A DNA stretch of 64,000 nt from Bacteroidota bacterium (lineage in GTDB: Bacteria > Bacteroidota > Bacteroidia > Flavobacteriales_D > Sanyastnellaceae), in contig JAQCJQ010000001.1 in the NCBI GenBank assembly GCA_027593035.1, forward strand, positions 4,296-68,295, in the 5' to 3' direction. Of this stretch, positions 37,541 to 46,634 are shown one piece after another (positions within the stretch are counted from its first letter, which is position 1; every line of letters begins with the position of its first letter). The notes under the pieces are model-generated. The model saw only the letters and a program-made list of their open reading frames with translations. It was not told the origin of the DNA and ran no database searches. A program made the position numbers and the translations under genes.

Positions 37541-38137
37541 ATGATTGCCATTGGAGAAGCGTTGGTTTCAGAGGATGTGTTTGACGAACTGTTCGTTTGC
37601 GACTTGTCAAAGTGCAAGGGAGCGTGTTGCGTCAAAGGAGAAAGCGGAGCGCCGCTAGCTGAGGATGAGCTGCAACGCATCGAAGATGTTTACGATGTGA
37701 TTCGCCCACATTTGCGTCCAGAAGCATTGGAGGTCATTGATCAAACGGGTTTGTTCGTTGTGGATACGGATGGCGATGTTGTCACTCCAATCATCAACGG
37801 CAAAGAATGCGTGTACGCAACGTTTGATGACAATGGCACGGCGAAATGTGCATTCGAACAGGCGTACCAGCGGGGTGAAACGGATTGGCAAAAGCCCATT
37901 TCGTGCCACCTCTACCCGGTTCGACTCAAGGAACTCCACGATTTCACAGCGGTCAATGTGCACCGATGGGACATTTGCGAGGGAGCTCGTTCTTGCGGTG
38001 CTTCAGCCAATGTAACGGTGCTGGAATTTTGCAAATCGTCCTTGATTCGTCGTTTTGGCGGTGCTTGGTACGATGAAGCGGTGACCATTTGGCAAGTTTG
38101 GAAGCAATCGGGCCGCTCAAAACGCTCGGCACAGTGA
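37541..38137 (+). CDS. DUF3109-like Cys-rich protein
   Basis: MIAIGEALVSEDVFDELFVCDLSKCKGACC... plus further conserved Cys (KCAF, SCHLYP, CEGARSC). Start chosen at ATG 37541; ATG 37469 is an alternative. Confidence 0.65.
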   Translation: MIAIGEALVSEDVFDELFVCDLSKCKGACCVKGESGAPLAEDELQRIEDVYDVIRPHLRPEALEVIDQTGLFVVDTDGDVVTPIINGKECVYATFDDNGTAKCAFEQAYQRGETDWQKPISCHLYPVRLKELHDFTAVNVHRWDICEGARSCGASANVTVLEFCKSSLIRRFGGAWYDEAVTIWQVWKQSGRSKRSAQ

Positions 38138-39624
38138 TGGGGGGCAAGTCCTGGTGGATTGGTGTGTTGGCAGCCTTGTGCTGGATGGGAGGAATCGCGG
38201 CGGAATTGCCGGATAGTACGTGGACAGTCGAATCCTTGAATTCTCTGAATTCTAGCGCTGACGAAGTGTTGATTGGTTGGGATGGTCAAGAAATTTACTT
38301 TGGACGGCTGAACAAGGCTTCGCGCCGAGAATCGGGAAAGCAATGGTTTTTAGCGGACCGTGAAGATTTTACAGCGAATCGATTGCAGGGCTGGAGTGAG
38401 TTTGATGTACCCAACCCAACCCGGTTATTGGCCAATCGGTTTCCGTCTTGGGATGCGTTGGGGCAGATTCAGCATGCGACCGTTGATCCCGACCGCGGGG
38501 TCGTGGTGCTCAGCGTGTGGATGGAGGATGGACAATTCGATCTTTACATGGCCCAGCGTGAGGGAGGAAGTTGGTCGCTGCCACGAGCAATGGAATCGCT
38601 AAACTCTCCGCAGGATGAGGTTTTTCCCAATTTCCATGGAGGTGATTTGTTGTTTGGCTCAGATCGACCTGGAGGAAAGGGGGGGTTTGATGTTTATCAA
38701 TCGACGCGCCGCGATTTATTTTTAGTAGCCAGTCCGTTGCCTGCTCCTGTCAATTCAGCAGGCGATGAATTGACAGCGGTTCCAGGGGGCACGCAGGCTG
38801 GTTCGGGGTTTTATGTTTCAGCAGTGCGAATGGGAGGCCAAGGTGGAGTCGACTTGATGTGGATGGGCCCGCCGCCGTCCGCCAGCACAATCGATCCGGT
38901 GAAGTTGGGCATGGAAATCCGTTACCAACGAGAGCCATTAATCAATTTGGATGTGCGGATCCGGGAGCGCGGAGGTCGGCATGTCTTTTCAGGAGCTGTG
39001 AATGACCAAGGGCGTGTGGAACTTGGAGCTCTGATGTTGGACGCTTCGGTGGAAGTGCGGTTTGAAGCGAACGCTCGAAGAAAGCGCACGCTTCCCGAAG
39101 GAGCGGTTTGTCACGTTTATGAGCAATGTGAATCGGGAGAATGTTTGCATTCTCCTTGGCCAGGTTGGAAACACATGCGCAGCTACCGTCTTAGCGGAGG
39201 GGAGGCGTTTGTATTTGATCTTTTGCCCTTGGATGCCTTGGGCATCTGGGACCGCCCCTCCTCCATCGATCGGAGTGCTCTCAGCGAGCAGCTGGGAGCG
39301 TGGGTGGGACGGTTTGAATCCACACGATCGACTTTGGCGGGCAATGACCAGCAAGAATTGATCGAATGGCTCAAGGCATACCAAGACAATTCGGGACAAT
39401 GGCCGCAGAATCTCAAGCTCTTGATTGAGGGTCATGCGGACGAAAAGGGACAGGATAGCGCCAACGAACAACTGTCCATGCAACGCGCTGAACATGTCGC
39501 CAGCATGGCCACTCAATTGGGTATCGCAACAGACCACATGGAGACCATCGGATGGGGATCCGCGTTCGCTTCGGGCCAGGATCACCAAGACCGAAAGGTG
39601 ATCGTTCGTTGGGTGCTGGATTGA
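38137..39624 (+). CDS. OmpA-family protein with TolB/PD40-like N-terminal region
   Basis: Signal-like MGGKSWWIGVLAALCWMGG. PD40-like stretches (DLYMAQREGGSWSLP, LLFGSDRPGGKGGFDVYQS). C-terminal OmpA motif IEGHADEKGQDSANEQLSMQRAEHV. Its ATG shares one nt with the upstream stop. Confidence 0.75.
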   Translation: MGGKSWWIGVLAALCWMGGIAAELPDSTWTVESLNSLNSSADEVLIGWDGQEIYFGRLNKASRRESGKQWFLADREDFTANRLQGWSEFDVPNPTRLLANRFPSWDALGQIQHATVDPDRGVVVLSVWMEDGQFDLYMAQREGGSWSLPRAMESLNSPQDEVFPNFHGGDLLFGSDRPGGKGGFDVYQSTRRDLFLVASPLPAPVNSAGDELTAVPGGTQAGSGFYVSAVRMGGQGGVDLMWMGPPPSASTIDPVKLGMEIRYQREPLINLDVRIRERGGRHVFSGAVNDQGRVELGALMLDASVEVRFEANARRKRTLPEGAVCHVYEQCESGECLHSPWPGWKHMRSYRLSGGEAFVFDLLPLDALGIWDRPSSIDRSALSEQLGAWVGRFESTRSTLAGNDQQELIEWLKAYQDNSGQWPQNLKLLIEGHADEKGQDSANEQLSMQRAEHVASMATQLGIATDHMETIGWGSAFASGQDHQDRKVIVRWVLD

Positions 39625-39682
39625 GATTGACAACTGGGTGCACTTCCATGGCTACGAAGCCCGATGATGCATTCGAAATTCT

Positions 39683-39690
39683 TACTTTTG
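39683..39690 (+). promoter_or_regulatory. -7 promoter box TACTTTTG, 4 nt before the panD ATG
   Basis: Exact TAnnTTTG followed by CGCC and then ATGATG (39695). Confidence 0.45.
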
Positions 39691-39694
39691 CGCC

Positions 39695-40048
39695 ATGATG
39701 ATCACCATGCTACGAGCCAAGCTACACCGTCTAACGGTGACACAGGCCGACTTGAATTACATCGGCTCCATCACTTTGGATCCGGAATTGATTGAAGCAG
39801 GTGGATTGTTCGATGGTGAAAAAGTGCAGATTGTCAATGTGAACAATGGAGAGCGCTTCGAAACATACGTCATCACCGGTGAGCGAAATTCGGGCCAGGT
39901 TTGTCTGAACGGACCGGCCGCAAGACGCGTTCAGGCGGGGGACATCATCATTGTCATCGCCTATGCCCAAATGACTCCTGAGGAAGCGAAAACACACCAG
40001 CCTGTTTTGGTTTTCCCGGATACAGCGACCAACCGCCTCCTCGCATGA
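39695..40048 (+). CDS. panD: aspartate 1-decarboxylase
   Basis: MLRAKLHR...[10 protein letters not shown] contains the Gly-Ser self-processing site. 117 aa. Confidence 0.95.
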   Translation: MMITMLRAKLHRLTVTQADLNYIGSITLDPELIEAGGLFDGEKVQIVNVNNGERFETYVITGERNSGQVCLNGPAARRVQAGDIIIVIAYAQMTPEEAKTHQPVLVFPDTATNRLLA

Positions 40049-41046
40049 ATTGGAAAAAACTTCTTACTTACACGGTGTTCTTAGGCGTTGGTGTGTTGCT
40101 TTTCTCCTTGGCGTTTTCACTTGTTGATGACAAGGAAGCATTGTGGGAAGCTATGCGCTCTGCCTCTTGGAGTGGCATTGGCATTTCTTTCGTGATGGGT
40201 TATTTGGCCATTGTGAGTCGCGGGCTTCGTTGGGGAATGTTGCTGGAACCTCTTGGGCATCGTGCCAATGTCTACCATAGCATTCACTCTGTAACATTTG
40301 CTTATTTCGCCAACACATTCGTTCCGCGAAGCGGTGAACTGGCACGGTGTGCCGCTCTCAATCAGACCGATGATATTCCTGTAGACCAACTTTTCGGAAC
40401 CGTCATCAGTGAGCGGGTTATTGACCTGATCTTTTTAATTCTGCTGACCGGAATTGCTGTAATTGGCAATCTCGATGCCTTTGCTGGGTTGTTGGAAAGT
40501 GCAGAATTACCGGCCCTTTCCGGGGCTTGGCCATTTGGGGTTGTGGCAGTGGTTGCCGTGGGTGTTTTGTATAAATGGCGGGAAGTTATCGAAAAGTGGT
40601 CTCTCATTCAAAAGGCAAAGTTGTTTTTTAAAGGTGTCGCCGAAGGGTTGTTGAGCATCAAAAATATGCAAAGAAAAGGGGCGTTTTTAGCGCACTCATT
40701 TTTCATTTGGTTCATGTATTTCGGCATGGCTTGGGTCATTTTCAAGAGCATCGACGCCGTTGCCGAAATCACGGTGTTCCAAGCTATATTTATTATGGTA
40801 GCGGGAGGGTTTGGTATGATCATGCCAGCACCCGGGGGTATCGGAGCGTACCACGGAGCGGTCATGCTTGGTTTTGTCGCGCTGGGCTACAATGAGGAGT
40901 TGGGATTGGCCGTAGCGAATGTGATTTGGCTGACGCAAACCCTCATGATTGTCTTTACCGGAGGGTTAGCCTACTTGGCTTTGATGTGGTACCGCATTAA
41001 GAAGGACCGATTGACTGATTCAATTACGAAGACGCCCACATCATGA
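40045..41046 (+). CDS. UPF0104 / lysyl-phosphatidylglycerol-synthase-TM-like (flippase-like) membrane protein
   Basis: 333 aa, polytopic. [12 protein letters not shown] and [11 protein letters not shown] are typical of the family. ATGA overlaps with panD and with the downstream gene. Confidence 0.7.
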   Translation: MNWKKLLTYTVFLGVGVLLFSLAFSLVDDKEALWEAMRSASWSGIGISFVMGYLAIVSRGLRWGMLLEPLGHRANVYHSIHSVTFAYFANTFVPRSGELARCAALNQTDDIPVDQLFGTVISERVIDLIFLILLTGIAVIGNLDAFAGLLESAELPALSGAWPFGVVAVVAVGVLYKWREVIEKWSLIQKAKLFFKGVAEGLLSIKNMQRKGAFLAHSFFIWFMYFGMAWVIFKSIDAVAEITVFQAIFIMVAGGFGMIMPAPGGIGAYHGAVMLGFVALGYNEELGLAVANVIWLTQTLMIVFTGGLAYLALMWYRIKKDRLTDSITKTPTS

Positions 41047-41552
41047 GTGAATCGTTTCCTCATAAGACGTTGCAAGCGAATCTTCAGATGATCAATGCGT
41101 GGCGTGAAGCGGGAGACACCATTGTGTTTACCAACGGTGTTTTTGACATTCTTCATGTGGGTCACGTCACGTATTTAGAAGCAGCTAAGAACCAGGGCCA
41201 TCGTTTGGTCGTGGGGTTGAATGGGGATGAGAGTGTTCGTCGTCTGAACAAAGCCCCCAACCGCCCGATTCATACAGAAGCGGATCGCAAGCGCGTTCTC
41301 CAAGGATTGCGGGCTGTGGACATGGTCCTCGTTTTTGATGAGGATACGCCGTTGGAGTTGATTGCAGCCATCACACCCGATGTGTTGGTCAAGGGGGGGG
41401 ATTACGATCCTGATTGCACCGACGCGGCGGACAAAATGTACATCGTAGGATCGTGTGAGATCCTGGCGGCAGGTGGCCGCGTTGCCGTGCTGCCTTTTGT
41501 CCCGGGACATTCCACAACGGGCATTATTGAAAAAAGCCGGACTACATCGTAG
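41043..41552 (+). CDS. RfaE-domain-II-type nucleotidyltransferase (D-beta-D-heptose-1-phosphate adenylyltransferase-like), stand-alone
   Basis: FTNGVFDILHVGHVTYL (HxGH) and VLVKGGDY. 169 aa with no kinase domain. Confidence 0.8.
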   Translation: MSESFPHKTLQANLQMINAWREAGDTIVFTNGVFDILHVGHVTYLEAAKNQGHRLVVGLNGDESVRRLNKAPNRPIHTEADRKRVLQGLRAVDMVLVFDEDTPLELIAAITPDVLVKGGDYDPDCTDAADKMYIVGSCEILAAGGRVAVLPFVPGHSTTGIIEKSRTTS

Positions 41553-41565
41553 TACCGGCTTTTTC
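41531..41565. terminator. bidirectional rho-independent terminator between convergent genes
   Basis: A5 tract, then stem AGCCGG/CCGGCT plus an inner ACTA/TAGT stem, then a T5 tract. The hairpin contains the TAG stop at 41550-41552. The accC stop is 25 nt away. Confidence 0.65.
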
Positions 41566-41589
41566 TGGTGTTCAACAAGTCCTTTCGCG

Positions 41590-42924
41590 TTACACCGTCT
41601 CTTCCTCCAAGAATTTGGTGGTGAAGTCTCCGCTTAAAAAACGGGGATGTCGCATCAACCGTTGGTGGAATGGAATGGTGGTTTTCACTCCTTCAATGAT
41701 GTACTCGTCGAGCGCTCGTTGCATTTTCTTGATGGCCTCCTCACGCGTTTGCGCGACGACAATCAATTTAGCGATCATGCTGTCGTAATAAGGCGGTATC
41801 TGATAACCGGCATACACGTGGGTATCCATACGCACGCCATGCCCTCCTGGAGCGTGGTAGACGTTGATTGTGCCAGGGCAAGGAGCGAAGTTCCGATCCG
41901 GATCTTCTGCGTTGATCCGGCATTGGATCGCGTGCATCTTCGGATAGTGGTTCTTTCCGCTGATGTTTTCCCCAGCGGCCAACTTGATTTGTTCCTTGAC
42001 CAAGTCATAGCTCACCACCTCTTCAGTGATTGTGTGCTCGACTTGAATCCGGGTGTTCATTTCCATGAAGTAGAAATCCCGATTGGCATCCACTAAGAAT
42101 TCAACGGTCCCAACACCCTCATACTTCACGGCTTCAGCGGCTTTGATCGCCGCGGTGCCCATGGCTTCGCGCAACTCATCGGTCATGAAAGGCGATGGCG
42201 TCTCTTCCACGAGTTTTTGGTGACGACGTTGAATGGAACAATCTCGCTCAGAGAGATGGCAGGCCTTTCCACGTTGATCAGCAGCAATTTGGATTTCGAT
42301 GTGCCGGGGTTCCTGCACGAACTTTTCCATGTACATGCCATCATTGCCAAAAGCAGCACCGGCTTCCCGACGCGTCGATTCCCAGCCTTCGGCGAGACCG
42401 GCTACATCATGGCAAACTTGCATCCCTTTTCCGCCGCCACCCGCGGTGGCCTTGAGCATCACAGGGTATCCTATCTTTTCCGCGCAAGAGGTGGCATCCT
42501 CCAAACTCTCCAGAATTCCAACATTGCCAGGAATCGTAGGGACCCCCGCCTTCTTCATGGTTTCTTTGGCAGAAGCCTTGTCTCCCATGGCCCCAATCAT
42601 TTCAGGGCTGGCGCCGATGAACTTGATGTGGTTTTCGGCGCAAATGCGCGAGAAATTGGCGTTTTCAGAGAGGAATCCATATCCAGGATGGATAGCATCC
42701 GCATTGGTTATTTCCGCAGCGGCGATGATTCTAGGGATGTCCAAATAGGACTCGGAGCTCTTGGGAGGTCCGATGCAAACAGCTTCATCAGCAAACCGAA
42801 CGTGCAGGCTGTCGGCATCAGCAGTCGAGTAAACAGCGACTGTTTTGATGCCCATTTCCTTGCAAGTCCGAATCACGCGGAGTGCAATTTCCCCGCGATT
42901 GGCAATCAGTATTTTCTTGAACAT
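41590..42924 (-). CDS. accC: acetyl-CoA carboxylase biotin carboxylase subunit
   Basis: [16 protein letters not shown] and [11 protein letters not shown]. Start chosen at ATG 42924; the listed 42939 start is a TTG. Confidence 0.95.
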   Translation of the reverse strand: MFKKILIANRGEIALRVIRTCKEMGIKTVAVYSTADADSLHVRFADEAVCIGPPKSSESYLDIPRIIAAAEITNADAIHPGYGFLSENANFSRICAENHIKFIGASPEMIGAMGDKASAKETMKKAGVPTIPGNVGILESLEDATSCAEKIGYPVMLKATAGGGGKGMQVCHDVAGLAEGWESTRREAGAAFGNDGMYMEKFVQEPRHIEIQIAADQRGKACHLSERDCSIQRRHQKLVEETPSPFMTDELREAMGTAAIKAAEAVKYEGVGTVEFLVDANRDFYFMEMNTRIQVEHTITEEVVSYDLVKEQIKLAAGENISGKNHYPKMHAIQCRINAEDPDRNFAPCPGTINVYHAPGGHGVRMDTHVYAGYQIPPYYDSMIAKLIVVAQTREEAIKKMQRALDEYIIEGVKTTIPFHQRLMRHPRFLSGDFTTKFLEEETV

Positions 42925-42935
42925 GGTGCTCGAGA

Positions 42936-43433
42936 TCAAGCAGGATCAACCAAAAACAATGGTTGATCGTATTCTACAGGTGAGTTGTCGTCGACCAGAA
43001 TCTTGACAATTTTACCGGTCATTTCAGATTCGATTTCGTTGAAGAGCTTCATCGCTTCAATCACGCATAACACATGACCGACTTTGATGGATTGTCCAAC
43101 CTCGACGAATGCATCCTTATCGGGTGCAGAGCGACGGTAGAACGTACCAATCATTGGAGATTTGACGGTGATGTAGTTTTCCAGTTGCTTTTCTTCAGCA
43201 CTCTGTTCTGCAACAGCTGAAACAGCAACAGGTTGAGACGCATGAGGCGCTTGCATTACAGGTGCCATGGATAGAGGGACTTGCATCACGGCATCTGCTT
43301 GCGCAGGGTCTCCTTTGCGCTTAGGCAATGGAGATTTGATCGTGATCTTGAAGTCCTTCTTCTCGATTTCCACCTCGGTTACACCCGCTTTGGCGATGAA
43401 TTTGATGAGGTCTTGAATTTCGTTAATGGTCAT
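42936..43433 (-). CDS. accB: acetyl-CoA carboxylase biotin carboxyl carrier protein
   Basis: Biotinyl-lysine motif [13 protein letters not shown] and an Ala/Pro-rich linker. Confidence 0.95.
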   Translation of the reverse strand: MTINEIQDLIKFIAKAGVTEVEIEKKDFKITIKSPLPKRKGDPAQADAVMQVPLSMAPVMQAPHASQPVAVSAVAEQSAEEKQLENYITVKSPMIGTFYRRSAPDKDAFVEVGQSIKVGHVLCVIEAMKLFNEIESEMTGKIVKILVDDNSPVEYDQPLFLVDPA

Positions 43434-43497
43434 TCTCAGACGATTTAAGAGACTAATTTAGGTAGGAAAAGTTGGGGAAACGCTAAATATTACGGCT

Positions 43498-44493
43498 TCA
43501 ATCCGCGTTTGGCGTGTCGTAAGCCCAGGTTAGATACACAGCGCCCCATGTGAATCCACCCCCAAAGGCAGCAAGAATGATGTTGTCACCTTTCTTGAAC
43601 TTGCTTTCCCAATCTCGAATGCACAGCGGTATGGTGGCAGCCGTGGTATTGCCATATTTCTGAATGTTGATCGTTACTTTTTCAGGAGGCAGTCCCATGC
43701 GGCGTTGCGTGGCATCGATGATGCGCAAATTGGCCTGGTGAGGAACTAGCCAAGCGACGTCTTCTGAGGCCAAGTTGTTGCGCTGCATGATTTCGTAACT
43801 GACGTCAGCCATGCCTTTAACAGCCGCTTTGAATACCGGTTGCCCGTCTTGGTAGATGACGTGATCCTTGGCATCAACGGTCGCGTGTGTCGGGGGATGA
43901 AGTGATCCGCCGGCTTTTTGCCGCAACATTTGGGCTCCCTTTCCGTCAACATGTAGCTTGTGATCGATGACGCCATGCGTTTCTGAGGGCTCGAGTAAAA
44001 CGGCTCCGGCACCATCACCAAATAGAATGCAGGTCGTTCGATCGGTATAATCAACGATGGCACTCATTTTGTCAGCTCCAACGACGATGACTTTTTTGTA
44101 TCGACCTGTTTCCACGAATTGAGCACCTGTGGTCAAGGCGAAAATGAAACCGGAACACGCTGCACTCAGGTCGTATCCCCAAGAATTCACAGCTCCTACC
44201 TTATCGGCAATGAGGTTGGCGGTCGCGGGAAAGTGCATGTCCGCTGTCACAGTTGCCACGATGATCAAGTCAATTTCGGCGGCCTCAATTCCACGCTTCT
44301 TGAGCAACTCTTTGACGGCTTCAGCCCCCATGTCAGAAGTGGCTAGGTTGGGGTCTTTCAGAATGCGACGCTCTTCAATCCCTGTGCGGGAGCGAATCCA
44401 CTCGTCGTTGGTGTCGACCATGGTCTCCAGATCGGCATTGGTCAATTTGTCTTCTGGCAAATAGCCGGCAACGGCAGTTATCGCAGCATGCAT
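43498..44493 (-). CDS. fabH: beta-ketoacyl-ACP synthase III
   Basis: SAACSGFIFAL (active-site Cys), PHQANLRII, GNTTAATIP. Start chosen at ATG 44493 (MHAAITAVAGYLP). Confidence 0.95.
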   Translation of the reverse strand: MHAAITAVAGYLPEDKLTNADLETMVDTNDEWIRSRTGIEERRILKDPNLATSDMGAEAVKELLKKRGIEAAEIDLIIVATVTADMHFPATANLIADKVGAVNSWGYDLSAACSGFIFALTTGAQFVETGRYKKVIVVGADKMSAIVDYTDRTTCILFGDGAGAVLLEPSETHGVIDHKLHVDGKGAQMLRQKAGGSLHPPTHATVDAKDHVIYQDGQPVFKAAVKGMADVSYEIMQRNNLASEDVAWLVPHQANLRIIDATQRRMGLPPEKVTINIQKYGNTTAATIPLCIRDWESKFKKGDNIILAAFGGGFTWGAVYLTWAYDTPNAD

Positions 44494-44608
44494 GATGGTC
44501 AGTTTCGTAGATGAAATAGCGGCTAAAGATAGAATGTGACTTGACGTGCGAAACAACAAGTTTCCCTGCGTCTCGAGGCGAAATTGTGGAATGAAAGCTT
44601 TTCTCAAG

Positions 44609-44638
44609 AAAAAAGGGAAGCCTGGGCTTCCCTTTTTC
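44609..44638 (-). terminator. rho-independent terminator after rpmF (palindromic, bidirectional shape)
   Basis: A6 tract, then GGGAAGC(ctgg)GCTTCCC, then T5. It lies 40 nt downstream of the rpmF stop. Confidence 0.7.
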
Positions 44639-44677
44639 ATGACGCCGAAGCGCCATCAAATTCAAATGGCAATGCAA

Positions 44678-44866
44678 TCAGGCTTCCGCCTTCTCCATTA
44701 CGATTTTCCCTTTGTAATACAGTTTTCCTTCATGCCAGTGGGCACGGTGAAACAAATGAGGTTGTCCAGTAGTTGGACAAGTGGCCACGGTTGGCGCGGT
44801 CAATGAGTCGTGCGTTCGTCGCTTCCGAGTCCGTGCCTTACTTTGGCGTCTTTTAGGATGTGCCAT
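44678..44866 (-). CDS. rpmF: 50S ribosomal protein L32
   Basis: [20 protein letters not shown]. 62 aa. Confidence 0.9.
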   Translation of the reverse strand: MAHPKRRQSKARTRKRRTHDSLTAPTVATCPTTGQPHLFHRAHWHEGKLYYKGKIVMEKAEA

Positions 44867-44875
44867 GAGAAATGG

Positions 44876-45454
44876 TTATTTCAAGTCTTTCAATGCGTTC
44901 CAACGAGGGTCAATTGCATCGTTTCCATCATCGTTTCCTTTTTCTTCATTCCGACTAGATTGATTCAAATGATCAACCATGGACGGGTCGCAAGCATCAA
45001 TCGAGCGGTGAACTCGTCTGAAAGGCAAGCACAAATGAATCCATTCGAAAACCGGTTGCGCAAGGTTTAATTCGTGCAATTCGGGTCCTAAGGTCCAAAT
45101 GTCATTCTCCAAATCGGTTTGCCCTCCAAGTTGAACGATCAGCCGCTCTTGAAAGGTCAAGGGCAATTGAAGGTCTGAAAGGCACCGGTCGCAAGCGAGT
45201 TGACAATGTCCCTGGAATTCTACGTGGCAATCCAATCCGTTGCCCAATTTATCCAGTAAAACATCAACAATTCCCTCGGCTTTAGAGATTTCTGAAAAAG
45301 GAAAAGAATCAAAGAACGAGGCGTCCACCTCCATCTGAAACTCGTGTTTTCCAGGCTTCAATCCTACGAAGGGTATTCGAAAAGGTGCCAAGTGGTCCAC
45401 GGGACTCCAGATTTTGGGGAGTGCAAAGGTACGTTGAACAAGTCGATTCAACAA
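44876..45454 (-). CDS. DUF177 (YceD-like) protein
   Basis: Located immediately upstream of rpmF as in most bacteria. FRIPFVGLKPGKHEFQ and the Cys pairs CQLACDRC and CLPFRRVH...C. The start is uncertain; the listed start is a TTG. Confidence 0.7.
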   Translation of the reverse strand: MLNRLVQRTFALPKIWSPVDHLAPFRIPFVGLKPGKHEFQMEVDASFFDSFPFSEISKAEGIVDVLLDKLGNGLDCHVEFQGHCQLACDRCLSDLQLPLTFQERLIVQLGGQTDLENDIWTLGPELHELNLAQPVFEWIHLCLPFRRVHRSIDACDPSMVDHLNQSSRNEEKGNDDGNDAIDPRWNALKDLK

Positions 45455-45499
45455 ATTCTACGATGCAATCCATCAAAGCGCCTGTCAACGCTCCAATGC

Positions 45500-46582
45500 T
45501 TAGCGCCGGTCGCGGTCGTCTTCTCGACGACTTTTCGGCTGAATGGGCAGTGGGTTTGTACCGTACGTGCGGAATTCTTGGCGGTTGCTCCGAATGTCGC
45601 GTGCGAGAAAAATGGCTGCGCGTGTTGAATCCCCTGATGCGGTTCCTTTACCGGCAATATCAAAACCAGTGCCGTGATCAGGACTCGTTCGAACGACGGG
45701 AAGGCCCGCCGTGTAGTTCACGCCCTGTCCAAAACTCATGGCTTTGAAAGGGGCAAGTCCTTGGTCGTGATACATCGCCAAGACTCCATCGAACTTACGG
45801 TGTGCTCCTGATCCGAAAAACCCATCGGCCGCATAGGGTCCCATGACGTGTTTTCCGGCATCGGTCAATTGCTTCACCGCTGGCGCAATGATGCGGCTTT
45901 CCTCATCGCCCATCAGGCCATTGTCACTGGCGTGAGGATTGAGGCCAAGAATGGCAATGCGGGGATGCGGGATACCGAAGTCTTTGAGCAATGCATCGTG
46001 CATGAGCTGTGCTTTCCGCACAATCAAGTCGCTTTTCAAGGCCGTGGAAACATCCTTGAGTGCAATGTGTCCTGTGCAAATGCCGACGCGCAAATCGCCA
46101 GCAACAAGCAACATCAGGACCTCATCAACGTTGGCGATGTTGGCTAAATATTCCGTGTGACCCGGAAATTGAAATGCGCTTTTGCGCATCGCTTCTTTGT
46201 GAATGGGGGCTGTCACCAAGACATCCACTTTCGTTGCGGCCAAATCTTGGACAACCCGTTCCAACGAAGTCATGGCGAATCCGCCGGCTTCTGCTGTTAC
46301 GTTTCCCCAATCAAGAGCCCAAGGCTCTTCTTGAATGGAGACCACATTGAGTTGATCCTTTTTCGCTGCCTCCGCATTTTCGACGACTTCCCATTTCAGA
46401 GAATCCTCGAGCCCTGTCATCTCGAGTGCCGCCTCCACCAAATTTCGTGTTGCGTACAAAATAGGGGTCGCCTCGACAAACATGCGTTCATCTTCGAATG
46501 TGCGTACGATGGCTTCAATTCCGATGCCATTGGGATCGCCGGCGCTAAATCCGACGAGCGTTGGGTTTTTTTTAGATACCAT
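45500..46582 (-). CDS. pdxA: 4-hydroxythreonine-4-phosphate dehydrogenase
   Basis: APIHKEAM, GHTEYLA, SPDHGTGFDIAGKG. ATG at 46582; the listed 46594 TTG lies inside the -7 box. Confidence 0.9.
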   Translation of the reverse strand: MVSKKNPTLVGFSAGDPNGIGIEAIVRTFEDERMFVEATPILYATRNLVEAALEMTGLEDSLKWEVVENAEAAKKDQLNVVSIQEEPWALDWGNVTAEAGGFAMTSLERVVQDLAATKVDVLVTAPIHKEAMRKSAFQFPGHTEYLANIANVDEVLMLLVAGDLRVGICTGHIALKDVSTALKSDLIVRKAQLMHDALLKDFGIPHPRIAILGLNPHASDNGLMGDEESRIIAPAVKQLTDAGKHVMGPYAADGFFGSGAHRKFDGVLAMYHDQGLAPFKAMSFGQGVNYTAGLPVVRTSPDHGTGFDIAGKGTASGDSTRAAIFLARDIRSNRQEFRTYGTNPLPIQPKSRREDDRDRR

Positions 46583-46591
46583 TTGCAAGGG

Positions 46592-46599
46592 CAAAGGTA
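46592..46599 (-). promoter_or_regulatory. -7 promoter box TACCTTTG, 9 nt before the pdxA ATG
   Basis: Exact TAnnTTTG on the - strand in the 52-bp divergent spacer. Confidence 0.45.
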
Positions 46600-46634
46600 A
46601 CGGATGCTTCGCATGTCCTAACTTGCAAGAGCGG

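Noticed and set aside
37471-37680. N-terminal 70-codon extension of the radical SAM ORF (Ser-rich, listed start 37680)
   Set aside because: It overlaps the divergent DUF3109 gene and lies upstream of an exact -7 box at 37476-37483. The radical SAM homology starts well after ATG 37470/37440.
38989-39633. 214-aa antisense ORF opposite the OmpA-family gene
   Set aside because: It is a shadow ORF. The sense frame carries the clear OmpA C-terminal motif.
42217-42966. 249-aa antisense ORF opposite accC
   Set aside because: Same shadow-ORF explanation. Its composition is typical of reverse-complement translation.
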